Below are positions 1 to 10,533 of a stretch of DNA of 64,000 nt, in pieces. A program made the position numbers and the translations under genes. Below the pieces are notes generated by a model. That model did not search any database and had not been told where the DNA came from. It was given only the letters and a program-made list of their open reading frames with translations. Numbering within the stretch: position 1 is the first letter of the stretch; each line of letters opens with the position of its first letter. Source of the DNA: Candidatus Methanomethylophilaceae archaeon (GTDB taxonomy: Archaea > Thermoplasmatota > Thermoplasmata > Methanomassiliicoccales > Methanomethylophilaceae); assembly GCA_944320495.1 (NCBI GenBank), contig CALUHR010000001.1, positions 1 through 64,000 on the forward strand, in the 5' to 3' direction.

Positions 1-2
1 GG

Positions 3-122
3 TTCTTCGCCGATCTGAGGGATGCCCTCGGTGTCGAAATCGATCTCGTATGTCAGGAATCCCTCCGTGATGACTTCAGCAGGGAGGTCCTCAGGGACAG
101 GAGGCTGCTCTATGAGGCGTGA
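3..122 (+). CDS. Minimal nucleotidyltransferase (MntA-like antitoxin), C-terminal part; runs off the window edge
   Basis: Frame reads FFADLRDALGVEIDLVCQESLRDDFSREVLRDRRLLYEA then TGA. Typical MNT C-terminus, overlapping the start of a HEPN gene. Confidence 0.75.
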   Translation, partial: FFADLRDALGVEIDLVCQESLRDDFSREVLRDRRLLYEA

Positions 123-473
123 CATCGGAATCCTCCGTGACATCGTGAAGTACTGTGACATGTGAACGAGATCGTCGAGATGTTCGGCTCGGACGAGGAG
201 GACTTCTTGGACAACAAGGTGTACCAGACCTCCACCGCGTTCTCCATCCTGCAGATCGGAGAGCTCGTCAAGAGGCTCTCGCCGGAACTCAGGGATGAGT
301 TCGGCGAGGTGACCTGGAGCAAGATCGCCGGCATGCGCGACATGTTCGCGCACCAGTATCACAACGTGATCCCGGAACTGCAGTGGAAGACGATTACCGA
401 AAGGGTCCCTGCGCTTAGAGAGGCATGCCTGGAGATCATCGAGGTGCTCGAGTCCAGACATGAAGAAGACTGA
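112..473 (+). pseudogene. HepT-like HEPN ribonuclease toxin (DUF86), frameshifted near 160-165
   Basis: ATG at 112 gives MRRDIGILRDIVKYCDM then TGA. The body continues in another frame from 162 and contains WSKIAGMRDMFAHQY (RX4H HEPN motif). One extra G in ATGTG would join the two parts. Confidence 0.75.
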
Positions 474-474
474 T

Positions 475-1780
475 TCATGCTATCGCCTCCGTTTCTCTTC
501 CAAATGCCTCCCTCTGTCTCCTGAGGAAGTATTCGTCTGGCTCCTCGAAGGGTCCGGCCATGACCAGGTCGTCGTCCATCGGGAGTCCGAGGTCGAGGGT
601 GCACAGGGTCAGCGGGCACATCCTGGAGAAGTCCACTATCGTCAGGTGCTCGTCTCTGAGCCTGGACTTGAACGATTGGAAGATGTTCCTGACGAGATCG
701 AAGTCCTCCGCGAAGACCACGACAGGATCGTCTCTGATGTATCTGATGTACGAGCCGGTGCAGTCGTGGTATCCGTCGAAGGTCCTGAGGATCCTGTGGC
801 ATTCCCTGCAGACGCGGATCTTGTACTGACGGTAGATTCCGAGGGTGCGGATGTTCCTCTTAGACACACCGCCCCAGTACCTGATCCTGAATTCCACCGC
901 GAGGGCTCTCATGGTCCACTGCTCCCAGTCGACCCCGGAGAGGTCCCCGACCATCCTTCCCTTGCCTTCGCCCGTTCTCGTTGTAATCCTTCTCAGTGTA
1001 GGATGCACCTGGGGACTGGAGTCCGGGGACGAGCATGTCGAGGACCTTCAGGTCCCAGTCGATGTCGTCGGGGTCCTTCTCGGCCATGCCGAGGCCCATG
1101 TGCGTCGTGAGGTAGGCGGCGGTGTGCCTGATGCTCCTGATCCTCTCGCGGGCGTGGACCTTCTTGATGAGCCAACCGGGATTGGATTTCCTGAATGCTG
1201 TGGTGTCGATGCGGCCGTAGCAGAGGATGTGGAAGTGCGGGGAGAACTCCCACTCCGATTCTTTCTGACGCCAGGGATGGAATATCGTGACTCCGGCTGT
1301 GGCACCGAACGCGACCATGGAGTCGTCGACATGCCTGCAGAGGTCGTCGAACTCGGGCTTGGTCTGGCAGAGCCTCTTGATCAGTTTCTGCGGAGGTGAG
1401 ACCACCCAGTGGTCGATGTCACCCACGTGAATCCCTTTCTTCTCGCTGAGGACTATGTACGAAAGGAGCTGCTTCTCTATCTGGACGCCCCTCTTGAGAG
1501 CGGTGTCGTTCATGCACTTCGGACATCTGAGGCTCCAGCAATGCCTGCGCTTGCCCTTGCAGTGGTGCTCGGGACCGTCGGGACATGCGGAGTACACGAT
1601 GCCACCTGTAGGGGAGCGAATGAATCCGCATCCCTTCCTGTCGGGACGCGAGATGTCGGGGACCGGGCAGGGGTGACTCTCACAAAGGATTTCTCCGACA
1701 GATGGACGGTGAGTTCCAGTCTTTCGGCGAACGACACTCGACCCCTGTCCGTTTCTATGCAGGTCGGGGAGGCCTGACAT
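475..1780 (-). pseudogene. Rolling-circle replication initiator (HUH endonuclease, archaeal plasmid/virus type), frameshifted at 971-973
   Basis: Cys/His cluster CPDGPEHHCKGKRRHCWSLRCPKC, then HWVVSPP, FHPWR...SPHFHILCYG (HUH motif) and AAYLTTH (catalytic Tyr). The C-terminal ORF 475..1008 (RYWGGVSKRN, CRECH) continues after a one-base shift in a GGG run. The start is uncertain. Confidence 0.65.
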
Positions 1781-1934
1781 TTCCTCGGATCTGCAAGATT
1801 GGCGTGTATAGTTAGCAAAGACTCGGCACGATTCACCATGTGATATGCAATAAAAGAGAACGCCACCGGAGTCGCAGTCATAGTCGTGGCGGTCTTTCCG
1901 CCTCTCGGAGCGGTCGGTCATCCCGGCGCGGGCA

Positions 1935-3347
1935 TCACAGCTGTCCGGAGAGCATCCACGAGACCGAGGTGCTCACCCTCTGCAGCAGGGTGCGCGAATC
2001 GTACATCCCTATCGTGTACTCGGTGCATCTCTCGAGGTCCCTCAGGAACGCCGCGTCCATCTCCGCCCCGAGCTCCTCGGAGTAGATCATTGCGTTGCCC
2101 TCGAAGTTCAGCGACATGCTGCGGTCGTCGAAGTTCGCGGAGCCCACGGAGCACAGCCTCCCGTCGGCCACGACGGATTTGGAGTGGACGAACCCGTCAT
2201 GGTACTCGTAGACCCTCACGCCGCTACGCATGACCTCGTAGGCGTACTTCCTGTTGGACCAGTACACGAACGGGTGGTCGCCGACGTCCGGGATGATCAC
2301 CCTCACGTCCACGCCCCTCATGGCCGCCGCTCTGAGGGCCATGAGGCAGGCCTGGTTGGGATCGAAGTACGGCGTGTGGATGTACAGGGTCCTCTCGGCG
2401 TTCTCGACCATCATCAGGTACTGGAAGGCGATGGGGTTGTCCCTCCCGACGTCGGGCCCGCCCATGACGGCCTGCACGGGCGTGTTTCCCATCCCGCACG
2501 CCTTCGCATAGTATTTGGGGTCCGCCGTCAGGTCCTCCTTGCACGCATACTTCCAGTCGGACGAGAACCTGAAGCTCAGGGCATTGGTCGCGGACCCCTC
2601 GATGCGGACGGCCGTGTCCCTCCAGTGTCCGAACTCCCCCTTCCCTAGGTACTCCTCGCCTATGTTGAAGCCGCCTATGTACGAGATCCCCCCGTCTATG
2701 ACGGCGATCTTCCTGTGGTTCCTGTTGTTCTTCTTGGGGCTCAGAAGGCAGACCGCCGCGGAGTGGAACACCGCGACCTTCCCTCCCGCCTCCCTCAGGG
2801 CCCTCTTGCCCGATGCGCCGGTGTTGAACCCCAGGGCGTCCACCATCAGTCTGACCTCCACGCCCTCCGCGGCCTTCTGTGCCAGGAGGGACACGATCTC
2901 GTCGCCGAGGGGGTCCTTGCGTATTATGTAATATTCCAGGTGCACGAACCTCCTGGCGTTGCGGATGTCCTCCTTAAGGGAGTCGAACTTCTCGTTCCCG
3001 TCGGTGAAGAGGCGGACGTCGTTGTCGGAGGTGACGATGCCCGCGCCCGCGCGGTAGAGGGCATCGTCCAATCCCGCACATCCCTCCGGGACACCGGAGG
3101 GAGATCCGCTCACGTACTCCGGCGGTATTCCCGACCTCTCCACCGATCTGAAGGCGTGCTTGGCGTAGAACGTCTGGCCGAAGAACAGGTACAGGACGAA
3201 TCCGAAGACCGGTATGACCAGGAGGATGACCACCCAGAGAAGGGTCTTGGACGGGTCTCCGCGCTCGAGGAACAGCATCGAGACCAGGAGCACCAGGTCG
3301 CTCAGGTAGATCAGTGGGACTATGTTGTCCAGGATGGTTTCCAGCAC
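1935..3347 (-). CDS. cls: Cardiolipin synthase (phospholipase D family)
   Basis: Two HKD motifs (NHRKIAVID, HSKSVVAD) and two N-terminal membrane helices. Confidence 0.92.
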   Translation of the reverse strand: MLETILDNIVPLIYLSDLVLLVSMLFLERGDPSKTLLWVVILLVIPVFGFVLYLFFGQTFYAKHAFRSVERSGIPPEYVSGSPSGVPEGCAGLDDALYRAGAGIVTSDNDVRLFTDGNEKFDSLKEDIRNARRFVHLEYYIIRKDPLGDEIVSLLAQKAAEGVEVRLMVDALGFNTGASGKRALREAGGKVAVFHSAAVCLLSPKKNNRNHRKIAVIDGGISYIGGFNIGEEYLGKGEFGHWRDTAVRIEGSATNALSFRFSSDWKYACKEDLTADPKYYAKACGMGNTPVQAVMGGPDVGRDNPIAFQYLMMVENAERTLYIHTPYFDPNQACLMALRAAAMRGVDVRVIIPDVGDHPFVYWSNRKYAYEVMRSGVRVYEYHDGFVHSKSVVADGRLCSVGSANFDDRSMSLNFEGNAMIYSEELGAEMDAAFLRDLERCTEYTIGMYDSRTLLQRVSTSVSWMLSGQL

Positions 3348-3561
3348 GGGTGCCCATCACATCCTCGATATATCCAGATTGGGTCCGCCGGATGCATGGG
3401 AGGGCCCTCCGGACCGCCGTTCCCCCCGTCGCCCAGATGGGTCCAGGATGCGCAGGATGGCGATGACCGCCGTAACGGACATCAATATGATGTTCCGATG
3501 CTTCATCGGGGTTCGACTGGTTGCACAGAAAAACGCCGGACGGGCCCTGGAGGCGATTCGG

Positions 3562-4806
3562 ATGGACGGGGTGAGGGCGGTCAACAGGTTCGCGTTCATG
3601 CTGTCGGTCCTGATCACCGGGGCTATCGCAGGGGCGTTCGTCTGGCTGGTCCTCTTCGCGATGGACGCCGGCCTAGACATCATCTGGGATCGTCTGGCCT
3701 CGTGGTTCGGCAGGTTCTATCCGATACCGGTATGCATCGTCGGAGGCATCGTCATCGGGCTGTTCGCCAGAAGGTATGGTGACTATCCAGAGGACCTCCG
3801 CACCGTGATGGCCAAGGTGAAGCGCGACGGGCGCTACGACTACGACAAGATTGGCAGGATGTCCGTCGCCGCCGTACTGCCGCTCGTATTCGGCGGCTCC
3901 GTCGGACCGGAGGCCGGGCTAACGGGGGTCATAGCGGGCCTGTGCTCCTGGGCGGCGGACAGGATGAGGCGCTTCGGTTCCGATCTCCGCGAGCTGACGG
4001 AGGCAGGCGTCACAGCCACGATGTCCGCGCTCTTCGGCGCCCCTCTGTACGGATTCGCGGAGGGGATGAGCGACCGCCCGTCAGAAGCCCATGAGATGTC
4101 GAAGTGGATGCGCGCGACAGTATACATCATAGCCATCGCAGGCGCGCTCGGCGCCCTCGTGCTGCTGAACCGCTTCGTGGGGGGCGGGATGCCACTGCCG
4201 CATTACGAATGGGATTCCGTCGAGGCCGAGGAGCTGCTGTGGTTCGTGCCGATGATGCTCGTGGGCGCCCTGGCAGGATGGATGTTCCGCGTCCTGGATT
4301 CGTCCATGCATCTTCTCTCGGGGAGGATGGGCCGCAGGCCGGTGCTCAAACCGGTGATCGCCGGCACCGTCCTGGGCATCATCGGGGTCATCCTCCCGTT
4401 CACCATGTTCTCCGGTGAGGCCCAGGCGGAGGAGCTGGACGCCGTTTGGGCGGGGACGGGCGCGCTGGTGCTGCTGGCCACGGGGTTCGTTAAGATCGCC
4501 GTCACAGCGATGTGCGTCAACATGGGCTGGCGCGGGGGGCACTTCTTCCCCGTGATATTCGCAGGGATATCCATCGGATACGGCATGTCCCTTCTGACGG
4601 GGACGGACCCGGTGTTCTGCCTCTGCGTGGTCACCGCGGCGCTCGTCGGAGGGGTGATGCGCAAGCCCGTGATGGCCCTGCTTATGCTGTTCCTGTGCTT
4701 CCCCCTACTAGCGGCTATACCGATGCTGGTCGCCGCGTTCGTCGGGTCCCGCATACCGTTGCCGGGATGGGCATCGGATCATGATGGGGAAACGGACAGC
4801 TCGTGA
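3562..4806 (+). CDS. ClC-family chloride channel/antiporter
   Basis: Motifs GGSVGPEAG, FGAPLYG and GGHFFP; multiple hydrophobic helices; GGAGG ribosome-binding site at 3549-3553 before ATG 3562. Confidence 0.85.
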   Translation: MDGVRAVNRFAFMLSVLITGAIAGAFVWLVLFAMDAGLDIIWDRLASWFGRFYPIPVCIVGGIVIGLFARRYGDYPEDLRTVMAKVKRDGRYDYDKIGRMSVAAVLPLVFGGSVGPEAGLTGVIAGLCSWAADRMRRFGSDLRELTEAGVTATMSALFGAPLYGFAEGMSDRPSEAHEMSKWMRATVYIIAIAGALGALVLLNRFVGGGMPLPHYEWDSVEAEELLWFVPMMLVGALAGWMFRVLDSSMHLLSGRMGRRPVLKPVIAGTVLGIIGVILPFTMFSGEAQAEELDAVWAGTGALVLLATGFVKIAVTAMCVNMGWRGGHFFPVIFAGISIGYGMSLLTGTDPVFCLCVVTAALVGGVMRKPVMALLMLFLCFPLLAAIPMLVAAFVGSRIPLPGWASDHDGETDSS

Positions 4807-5023
4807 TCCCGCGGTACGGGGCCAATCATCCCGGGGAACCTCGCGGATGTCAATCCGGATCATCCATCCGGGAGCGGCTCTCCCACTTCGGGCATCGTCC
4901 GTCCGTGTTCGTATATATGATATTTGTTGAATCGCGACGGTGGCGCCGTCCCGTTTTGTTGATTGCCGCATCTTTCTGCAGATGATGGGGCTGATGGCGG
5001 TACATAACCGACTGTTTTTATTG

Positions 5024-5056
5024 TTGGATACATACTCCAATTGGTTTTTTTTATAT
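5024..5056 (+). promoter_or_regulatory. Candidate operator palindrome plus TATA box upstream of the ABC operon
   Basis: TTGGA-N7-TCCAA at 5024-5040, followed by TTTATAT at about 5050-5056. Confidence 0.35.
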
Positions 5057-5109
5057 CGGAAACATCGGTCATTCTTCATGACGGTCCGAATCCGTCTGGA
5101 TGGGATGGC

Positions 5110-6060
5110 ATGAGAAAGCAGTTCGTGTGTCTGGCCGTGATATGCGTGATCGCTGTCGCGGCTTTCGTCAGCATCTCGATTTATCGCGAGGACGTGAGAT
5201 CCGACCTCGTACCGCTGAACGATTCCCTGGATGGGGGACTCTTCGGGAAGGTGGGGGCAACCATAGACGGCGAACCCTACGAGATTGCGGAGCTGTACTC
5301 GCAGATCAGTCCGGTCTACAGCGACGGGGATCATACCTACTGCGAACTCCTGATGATCGTCAACTCGAACGCCGAGGGGCGTCCGAGCTTCACGCTCTAC
5401 TACAGCTATTTCAGCGACTCTAATTCGCTCGTCCCAGAGGGTGCCCAGGCGTTGGCCGATGAGGGGTCATACCAGGTGTTCGAGTACACGGACGATCCCA
5501 GTGGGGACATCATCAGGTTCTACGTCTCCGACGAACGGATCCAGACCGTGGATGTGGTCGGTTCTTCGGTGCTGAAGGTCGGCGACGGGTTCAAGCCGCT
5601 GGACTACGACATGAGCGTCGATTACGGCGGTACCGTCACCAGCGTCAACCGTGTGATGGAGATGGACCCCACCCCCACGAAGGTCTACAGGATCGAGGGT
5701 CATGAGAACGGGGAGCGTCTCGAAGGTACGATAACGGTGAGATCCATCTCGTCGACGATCTTCCATGGGTACATCAACGAGTACGCCGAGGTCAGCATAG
5801 AGATCGAGGGTACCGAGCTTCCCGGATTCATCACGACGTTCTACTCCAGCCTGGGGGTGGACGGGTCGTTCTACAACAGCAATGCCAGTCTGGACATCTA
5901 CAGGGATGGGGTGTACGTGGAATCCGATTCGTCGGTCACTGTCGATGTCGACGACGGATGGGAAGTCGTCATGGAGGGCGTCGTCACGTACTACCAGCTC
6001 GACGAGAACCTCGGGATCGTCTCGGAGCGCACGATCGAGTTCGGATACGAGGTGATATGA
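5110..6060 (+). CDS. Membrane-anchored or secreted acidic hypothetical protein, first gene of the ABC operon
   Basis: MRK plus an N-terminal hydrophobic helix; Asp/Glu/Tyr-rich body; directly precedes the ABC ATPase. Confidence 0.7.
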   Translation: MRKQFVCLAVICVIAVAAFVSISIYREDVRSDLVPLNDSLDGGLFGKVGATIDGEPYEIAELYSQISPVYSDGDHTYCELLMIVNSNAEGRPSFTLYYSYFSDSNSLVPEGAQALADEGSYQVFEYTDDPSGDIIRFYVSDERIQTVDVVGSSVLKVGDGFKPLDYDMSVDYGGTVTSVNRVMEMDPTPTKVYRIEGHENGERLEGTITVRSISSTIFHGYINEYAEVSIEIEGTELPGFITTFYSSLGVDGSFYNSNASLDIYRDGVYVESDSSVTVDVDDGWEVVMEGVVTYYQLDENLGIVSERTIEFGYEVI

Positions 6061-6061
6061 C

Positions 6062-6985
6062 ATGCAGGGGATTCTCGAGGTGGAGGACGTCGTCAAGACG
6101 TTCCGGGGCCATGCCGCGGTGGACCATGCCTCCTTCTCCGTAGGGAAGGGCAGCTTCACCGCCCTGCTAGGGCCGAACGGATCGGGCAAGAGCACGACCC
6201 TCAAGATGTGCACCAACCTGTTGCAGCCCGATTCGGGCAGGATACTGATAGACGGGATCGATGTCTTCGAGGACACGGTGGCCGCGCTGTCGGGAGCCGG
6301 CTGCGTGATAGAGACCCCAGTGGTCTACCCGGATGTCAGTGGCAGGAGTTACCTGGAGCATCTGGGAAGGCTCTCGGGGATGTCCTCCGAGACCGCATCA
6401 TCGGAGGCCGAGCGCGTCCTGGGGATAGTGGGGATGTCCGATCGCTGTGACAGGAAGGTCGGATCCTACTCAAAGGGGATGCGGCAGAGGATCGTACTGG
6501 CCCAGTCTCTGATTGGCGATCCGTCGCTGATGATGATGGACGAGCCGACCTCTGGGCTGGACCCGCAGGGCAGCATGGAGTTCGGGGAGATCCTCAGACG
6601 TCTCAATCGCGAGGGCAAGACCATCCTGATGAGCTCGCACATGCTCCATGAGGTGGAGGGGCTGTGCGACAGCGTCGTGGTCATCGACCGCGGCAGGACG
6701 GTGGCCCAGGGCAGGATATCGGACATCACCAGGCTGTCCAGGATCACCGTCTCCGTGGTAGGCGAGGTGTCCGATGCCGCGCTGAGGTCTGTCTCCGAGA
6801 TGGAGGACGTCCTAGAGGCTTCCAAGATCGATGGGGGCCTGACGCTCAGGCTGGACGGAGGTGCCGACAGGCAGGCCGAACTGGTCAGGGACATGGTCTC
6901 CATGGGGCTTCGCGTGTACGCCGTAAGGAAGGAGGATCCGCTGGAGGAGGCGTTCATGCACATCACCGGAGGTGACGGCGAATGA
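6062..6985 (+). CDS. ABC transporter ATP-binding protein (CcmA/ABC-2 type)
   Basis: Walker A GPNGSGKST, signature YSKGMRQR, Walker B MMDEP, SSH motif. Confidence 0.93.
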   Translation: MQGILEVEDVVKTFRGHAAVDHASFSVGKGSFTALLGPNGSGKSTTLKMCTNLLQPDSGRILIDGIDVFEDTVAALSGAGCVIETPVVYPDVSGRSYLEHLGRLSGMSSETASSEAERVLGIVGMSDRCDRKVGSYSKGMRQRIVLAQSLIGDPSLMMMDEPTSGLDPQGSMEFGEILRRLNREGKTILMSSHMLHEVEGLCDSVVVIDRGRTVAQGRISDITRLSRITVSVVGEVSDAALRSVSEMEDVLEASKIDGGLTLRLDGGADRQAELVRDMVSMGLRVYAVRKEDPLEEAFMHITGGDGE

Positions 6986-7788
6986 ACGCCGTCGGATCCA
7001 TGAGGCAGGTCCTCGAGGTAACCCGTTTCGAGACGCTCAGGAAGGTTAAGAGCTGGAGACTTCTGTTCCCCTTGATATGCGCCGTCGCCGTATGTGCCCT
7101 GGCATTCGGCAACGGGAGCGGCGAGATGAGGGGCTATGCGGGCACGGAGTCCGCGTTGGCACTGCTCAGACCGTTCCTGGCATCCGCGCCCCTGATCGCG
7201 GCGATAGCCGCGACCGTGCTCTGCACGGAGACCCTCTCGGAGGAGTTCGAGAGGGGTTCCGGATACATCACGTTCACCAAGCCGGTCCGCAGGGAGACGG
7301 TCTTCGCTGGCAAGTTCCTATCGGGGTTCCTGGTGTCCCTGATCGTATTGGCAGTCTATTACGCCCTGACGTTCGCGATATGCGCCGCGTTGGCCGGCGA
7401 GGTGCCCGCAAGGGCGCTGGCGGCCGTCCCGCTGGCGGTGCTGTACCTGTTCGCGGTAACCGGGGTATGCATGCTCTTCAGCGCACTGGCACCCAAGGGC
7501 AGCATGGCGATGATGGCCGCCTTCCTGCTGATGGTGGTCCTGCAGATCTTCATGCAGAACGTGTCGTTCTCCACCGAGCCCTGGTACAGCCTGGGATACG
7601 AATGCGGGATCCTGGGCGACTATCCTCTTGGGAACCAGACCGAGTTCGATGTCGATGTGTTCGGCAACGCGAGGGCGGAAGACTATGTGCCAGACGTGAG
7701 CATCGCCTGCGTCGTCATGGCCGTGTACGCGCTCATCTCCACTGCGCTCGCCGTGACGGTGTTCAGGTACAGGAACATGAGATCCCGA
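6982..7788 (+). CDS. ABC-2 type permease; ends CGA-TGA (7791 under the standard code)
   Basis: About six hydrophobic segments; EEFERGS...KPVRR motif; ATGA overlap with the ATPase gene. Confidence 0.85.
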
Positions 7789-7880
7789 TGAGATCCCGGA
7801 CAGGGGGAGGGGGACGACTCCGGGCCGGCACCCCCTTCCCAAGAATGTTGTCGAGGGGGCTCAAGCCGCCCCCTCAGTGC

Positions 7881-8387
7881 TCAGGAGTTGAACCTCATGG
7901 TCCTGAGGAGCTCCCTTGCGGCCTCCACGGGGAACCCCTCCGGGGGATCCGTCACGAACGCCTCGAGCATCCTCCTGACCTCACCGCTCTGGGGGAGCAG
8001 GAACCCCGTCTCGCGGATGAGGTCCTCGCCCATCAGGCGGTCCGATCTGCGTACCGCGGACATGAGCGTCCTGAGGCCTGCGTCGTCCGTCGTCTCCGCC
8101 ACGTTCCTGGCGATGGCCTCCTGAACGGCCTTGCTCCTGGAGATCCCTCTCACGGCGTCGACGACCTTGGCGTCCTTGGGCTGCTGGTGCGGGTAGTCTA
8201 GGGGTATCATGCAGATGGCGGAGTTGGGACAGGACCTGGCGCAGTCTCCGCATCCGATGCATTTCTTGAAGTCGATCTGCCCGGTCTCGGTGTCCGTGGC
8301 CCCGGTGGGGCAGACGTAGAGGCACATGCAGTCCTTGGTGCAGATCCTGAGGTTCCTGGAGGCGATCATCCTCGGCATCTCAGGCAC
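7881..8387 (-). CDS. 4Fe-4S ferredoxin-domain protein
   Basis: [12 protein letters not shown] and [12 protein letters not shown] motifs. Confidence 0.85.
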   Translation of the reverse strand: MPEMPRMIASRNLRICTKDCMCLYVCPTGATDTETGQIDFKKCIGCGDCARSCPNSAICMIPLDYPHQQPKDAKVVDAVRGISRSKAVQEAIARNVAETTDDAGLRTLMSAVRRSDRLMGEDLIRETGFLLPQSGEVRRMLEAFVTDPPEGFPVEAARELLRTMRFNS

Positions 8388-9054
8388 CTCCCTGGATCCT
8401 GAGGATCATGTGCCCGGGGACCTTGCAGACGGGGCAGACCTCCGGAGGGTCGTCCCCGATGTAGATGAACCCGCAGATGTCGCAGACGTAGACCCCGGTG
8501 TGCTCCAGGAACGACGGGTCCTTCCTGTACCTCTCGAGCAGGGTCCTCATGATGAGGGTGGCCTTCTCGCTCCAGGTGAGCACCCTCAGGGCGCCCCTGT
8601 CCGACATGAGGGCGGCCGTCCCCTTGGCGTCGTTATAGGCCATGAGGTCGGCGTTGATCATCCTGAGGAGGGTGTCGATCCCCTCGTTGTCCTCGGTCAC
8701 GGTCCTGGATTCGAAGTAGTCAGCGATCTGTCCGAACAGCTCGGCCTCGCGGGTGAGCTGCTGCACCCCGCATCCCCTCTTCAGGTTGGAGCAGAGGGCG
8801 CTCAGCTGTCCGGGCGTGAGCTCGCGGAGCTCGTCGGTCTCCCATCCGGATATCTCCGGGGCGGGGGCCTGGGCGGTGGGCGCGGCCTCCTGGACCGTCG
8901 GGGAGGATGGGGACTCCTCCTCGTCCATGGGTTCGAAGCCCTCTTTGCCCTCGCCGCAGACGGGGCAGCACCAGTCATCGGGGAGGTCGGAGAACTTAAC
9001 TCCCTCCTTCTCCTCGTCGTAGATGTATCCGCAGACGCCGCATCTGTATCTCAT
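8380..9054 (-). CDS. Rubredoxin-domain protein with N- and C-terminal rubredoxin-like knuckles
   Basis: CGVCGYIY...WCCPVC at the N-terminus; CDICGFIY...CPVCK at the C-terminus. Confidence 0.85.
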   Translation of the reverse strand: MRYRCGVCGYIYDEEKEGVKFSDLPDDWCCPVCGEGKEGFEPMDEEESPSSPTVQEAAPTAQAPAPEISGWETDELRELTPGQLSALCSNLKRGCGVQQLTREAELFGQIADYFESRTVTEDNEGIDTLLRMINADLMAYNDAKGTAALMSDRGALRVLTWSEKATLIMRTLLERYRKDPSFLEHTGVYVCDICGFIYIGDDPPEVCPVCKVPGHMILRIQGGA

Positions 9055-9142
9055 GGACGTGCCAGCGCATCGGCCCTTTTTATATTCGGATGCCTCCGGA
9101 TGGGGATTGTGAAGGTCCGTTCAGACCCGGCGCAGAGGATGC

Positions 9143-9781
9143 TCGCCGATCCCTGGATGCCAGCCTCCTCCCCGTCGAGTAGGCGTTCTCCAGGTCCTTC
9201 GGGAACTGCGTCCTCCTGACCTCGGCCTTGTGCTCCGCATCGAACCCTGCCGCCCTGTACTTCGAATAGTCGTCGAACTGCAGGGTGTCGCAGCAATGAT
9301 GGTGCTCCACCGTCCCTCCGAGCTTCATCAAAGGGAGCATGGTCCGCTCGTAGAGCTCGTCGTATCCGCGGTAGTCGGATGGGAGGTTCATCGTGAAGAA
9401 GAACGCGACGTCGGTGCGCTTGGGGTGTATTACCCGGGTCGCGTCGTCATAGGTCATCGTGACATATCCCAGACGCTCGAGGAAGTTCCTCATCATCCCG
9501 GTGACGTCACCGAAGTAGATCGGGGAGCCCAGCAGGAGGACGTCCGCATCGAGTGCCCCCTCGAGCACCGGTGTCAGACCGTCCCTGTGATAGCATCTGC
9601 AGTAGTCCGCGTTCCTCCTGCGACAGGCGAAGCAGCTGACGCAACCGGAGAAGTCCAGGTCCGCGAGATGGACCATCTCAGTATCCGCGCCCACGGATGC
9701 GGCGCCCTCGAGGGCCCTCTCCAGGAGCATATCGGTGTTCCAGCCCTTCCTCGGGCTTCCGTTGACGGCCATGACTTTCAT
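9143..9781 (-). CDS. Flavodoxin family / NADPH-dependent FMN reductase (iron-sulfur flavoprotein-like); ends at CGA
   Basis: GSPRKGWNT, CVSCFAC and GSPIYFG motifs; C-terminus AYSTGRRLASRDR then CGA at 9145-9143. Confidence 0.85.
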
Positions 9782-9790
9782 AGCATCACA

Positions 9791-10333
9791 TCGGTGGCAG
9801 CTCTTCCCCATCTCGTATGCCTGCAGCATGAACGGAGTGCCAACCACGGTCCCCTTCTCGAAGACTCCGGTGGCCTCGACGGTCCCGCCTTCGACGGAAC
9901 CCTCCAGGCATTCCGCCAGGCCGCGCATGCAGTCGATGGCGCAGGAGGTGACATGGTCGTGGGTCTCGGCCCCGGCGGCGATGTAGTAGAACGTCTTGCC
10001 GCTGACGGCCTTCCAGCGGGCGTTGAACCTGTCGATGAGGGCCTTCAGCTGGGCGTCCACCGAGTAGAAGTACACCGGGCTGGCCAGCACGATTATGTCG
10101 GCGGCCTCCATCTTGGATATGATCTCGGGGACGTCGTCCCTGATGCAGCACTCTCCCCTGCCGTCCTTGCAGTGGTAGCAGGCGGTGCAGAAACCTATCC
10201 TCCTGTTCCTGAGGTTGATCTTCTCCACGTCATTGCCCGACTCAACTGCTCCGCGTACGAACTCGTCGCAGAGGAGGTCCGTGTTGCCTCCTTTGCGCGG
10301 GGACGCCGAAATCACAACTATCCTCTTGGACAT
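9791..10333 (-). CDS. Flavodoxin family / NADPH-dependent FMN reductase paralog; ends at CGA
   Basis: SASPRKGGNT, CTACYHC and ASPVYFY motifs; ends AYEMGKSCH then CGA at 9793-9791, 9 nt before the next ATG. Confidence 0.85.
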
Positions 10334-10497
10334 GCCTGGTTCCTCTTGGTGTCCCGTATCGTCGGATGAGGGGATATCGGTTGCTGTGACTGCCGTCATG
10401 TCGCAGAATCTCGAACATACGCCTCGGTGATAGATGCGGGAGGATGCAAGGCGGATGGATATCCGCCTCATCCTGAGAAGGTGTGTTGGTGTTTGAT

Positions 10498-10525
10498 GAC
10501 CCGGACCCTGTGGAAGGTCCGGGTC
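10498..10525 (-). terminator. GC hairpin just downstream of the CNNM/HlyC gene
   Basis: GACCCGGACC-N8-GGTCCGGGTC, a perfect 10-bp stem. Confidence 0.5.
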
Positions 10526-10533
10526 GGAGGGCC

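Noticed and set aside
970-973. CGA directly after the Rep frameshift as a real gene end separating two genes
   Set aside because: The downstream ORF carries the RYWG and Cys motifs expected in the same Rep protein and lacks a convincing start, so a single-base insertion is the simpler reading. Not counted among the 17.
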